Of a DNA stretch of 64,000 nucleotides, positions 63,505 through 64,000 are shown in pieces. The DNA comes from Camelus ferus (taxonomy: Eukaryota). A program made the translations under genes and the position numbers. Position 1 is the first letter of the stretch. The number at the start of each line of letters is the position of its first letter. The notes under the pieces are model-generated. The model saw only the letters and a program-made list of their open reading frames with translations. It was not told where the DNA came from and made no database searches. The stretch spans positions 7,504,001 to 7,568,000 of the forward strand of contig NC_045697.1 of assembly GCF_009834535.1 (NCBI RefSeq), given 5' to 3'.

Positions 63505-64000
63505 TGTTAGAGCAGGCAGATAGCTAGATACGAGCAGAGAAAGGGGCATGGGCCAAATGGCAGGAAATCATACATCTTGCAAACAATGGGATTCCTTGAG
63601 CAGACAGAGGAACACAGGAACCCCCGGACTGATAAGAAATCACACATTTTGGATTGACAAGTGTCCTGGTTGCAGACAAACAAAAGTGAGAAAAGACAGG
63701 AATCTCTGGCATCTGAATGTAACCTTTTGCTCATTATGCTCTCGCTACAATAAAAAGAGACTTGCAGATAAAAGCCCCCATCATGCACTGACACCATGAC
63801 ACTTCTGATCAAGACTAAATGAAGGGAAAAATCCTTCCCCTTGGGAAGGTGGGGCTGGGATGAAAATCAAGGAATATGACCCCAAACCCCTACCTCCCCA
63901 ATCAATATTCCACCCATTCATTATTACACCCCATGTAACCAGCTTGCCAAAGAAACTCAGCACAGCTACTCACCTGAGTCTGCCCGCCCTCCCCTTGAAA
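63505..64000 (+). mobile_element. ERV1 LTR (MER41/MER50-like start), truncated by the window end
   Basis: Starts tgttagagcaggcagatagctagatacgagcag, with LTR-like composition and a degenerate internal repeat (gaaatca.acat...gcagaca...acaggaa). Confidence 0.7.

Overview
This is AT-rich, CpG-depleted placental-mammal genomic DNA, most likely camelid (alpaca, llama or camel). The assignment rests on two vic-1-like tRNA-derived SINEs and Cetartiodactyla-type L1 ends; I saw no Alu, Bov-tA, CHR or PRE-1 elements. I can support no protein-coding exon, RNA gene or CRISPR array. The window looks intergenic or deep-intronic, and the ORF track is explained by chance ORFs, simple repeats and transposon relics. 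A large part of it is interspersed repeat: MIR, L2, old L1M, MaLR (MLT1) LTRs, ERV-L and ERV1 LTRs, and hAT DNA transposons. Several repeat-free, TAAT-rich blocks may be conserved enhancers. The most unusual item is a 332-bp TSD-flanked L1 made of only the 5' end of the 5'UTR fused to the 3'UTR end (2917-3248), possibly a spliced or internally deleted non-autonomous element. Also notable are a twin-primed inverted L1 nested in an LTR that is nested in an L2, an MLT2/MaLR-internal/inverted ERV-L protease composite, and a SINE 3' extension that matches MLT1 LTR sequence. Family names come from my recall of consensus sequences, not from a database search. Boundaries of old repeats are approximate.
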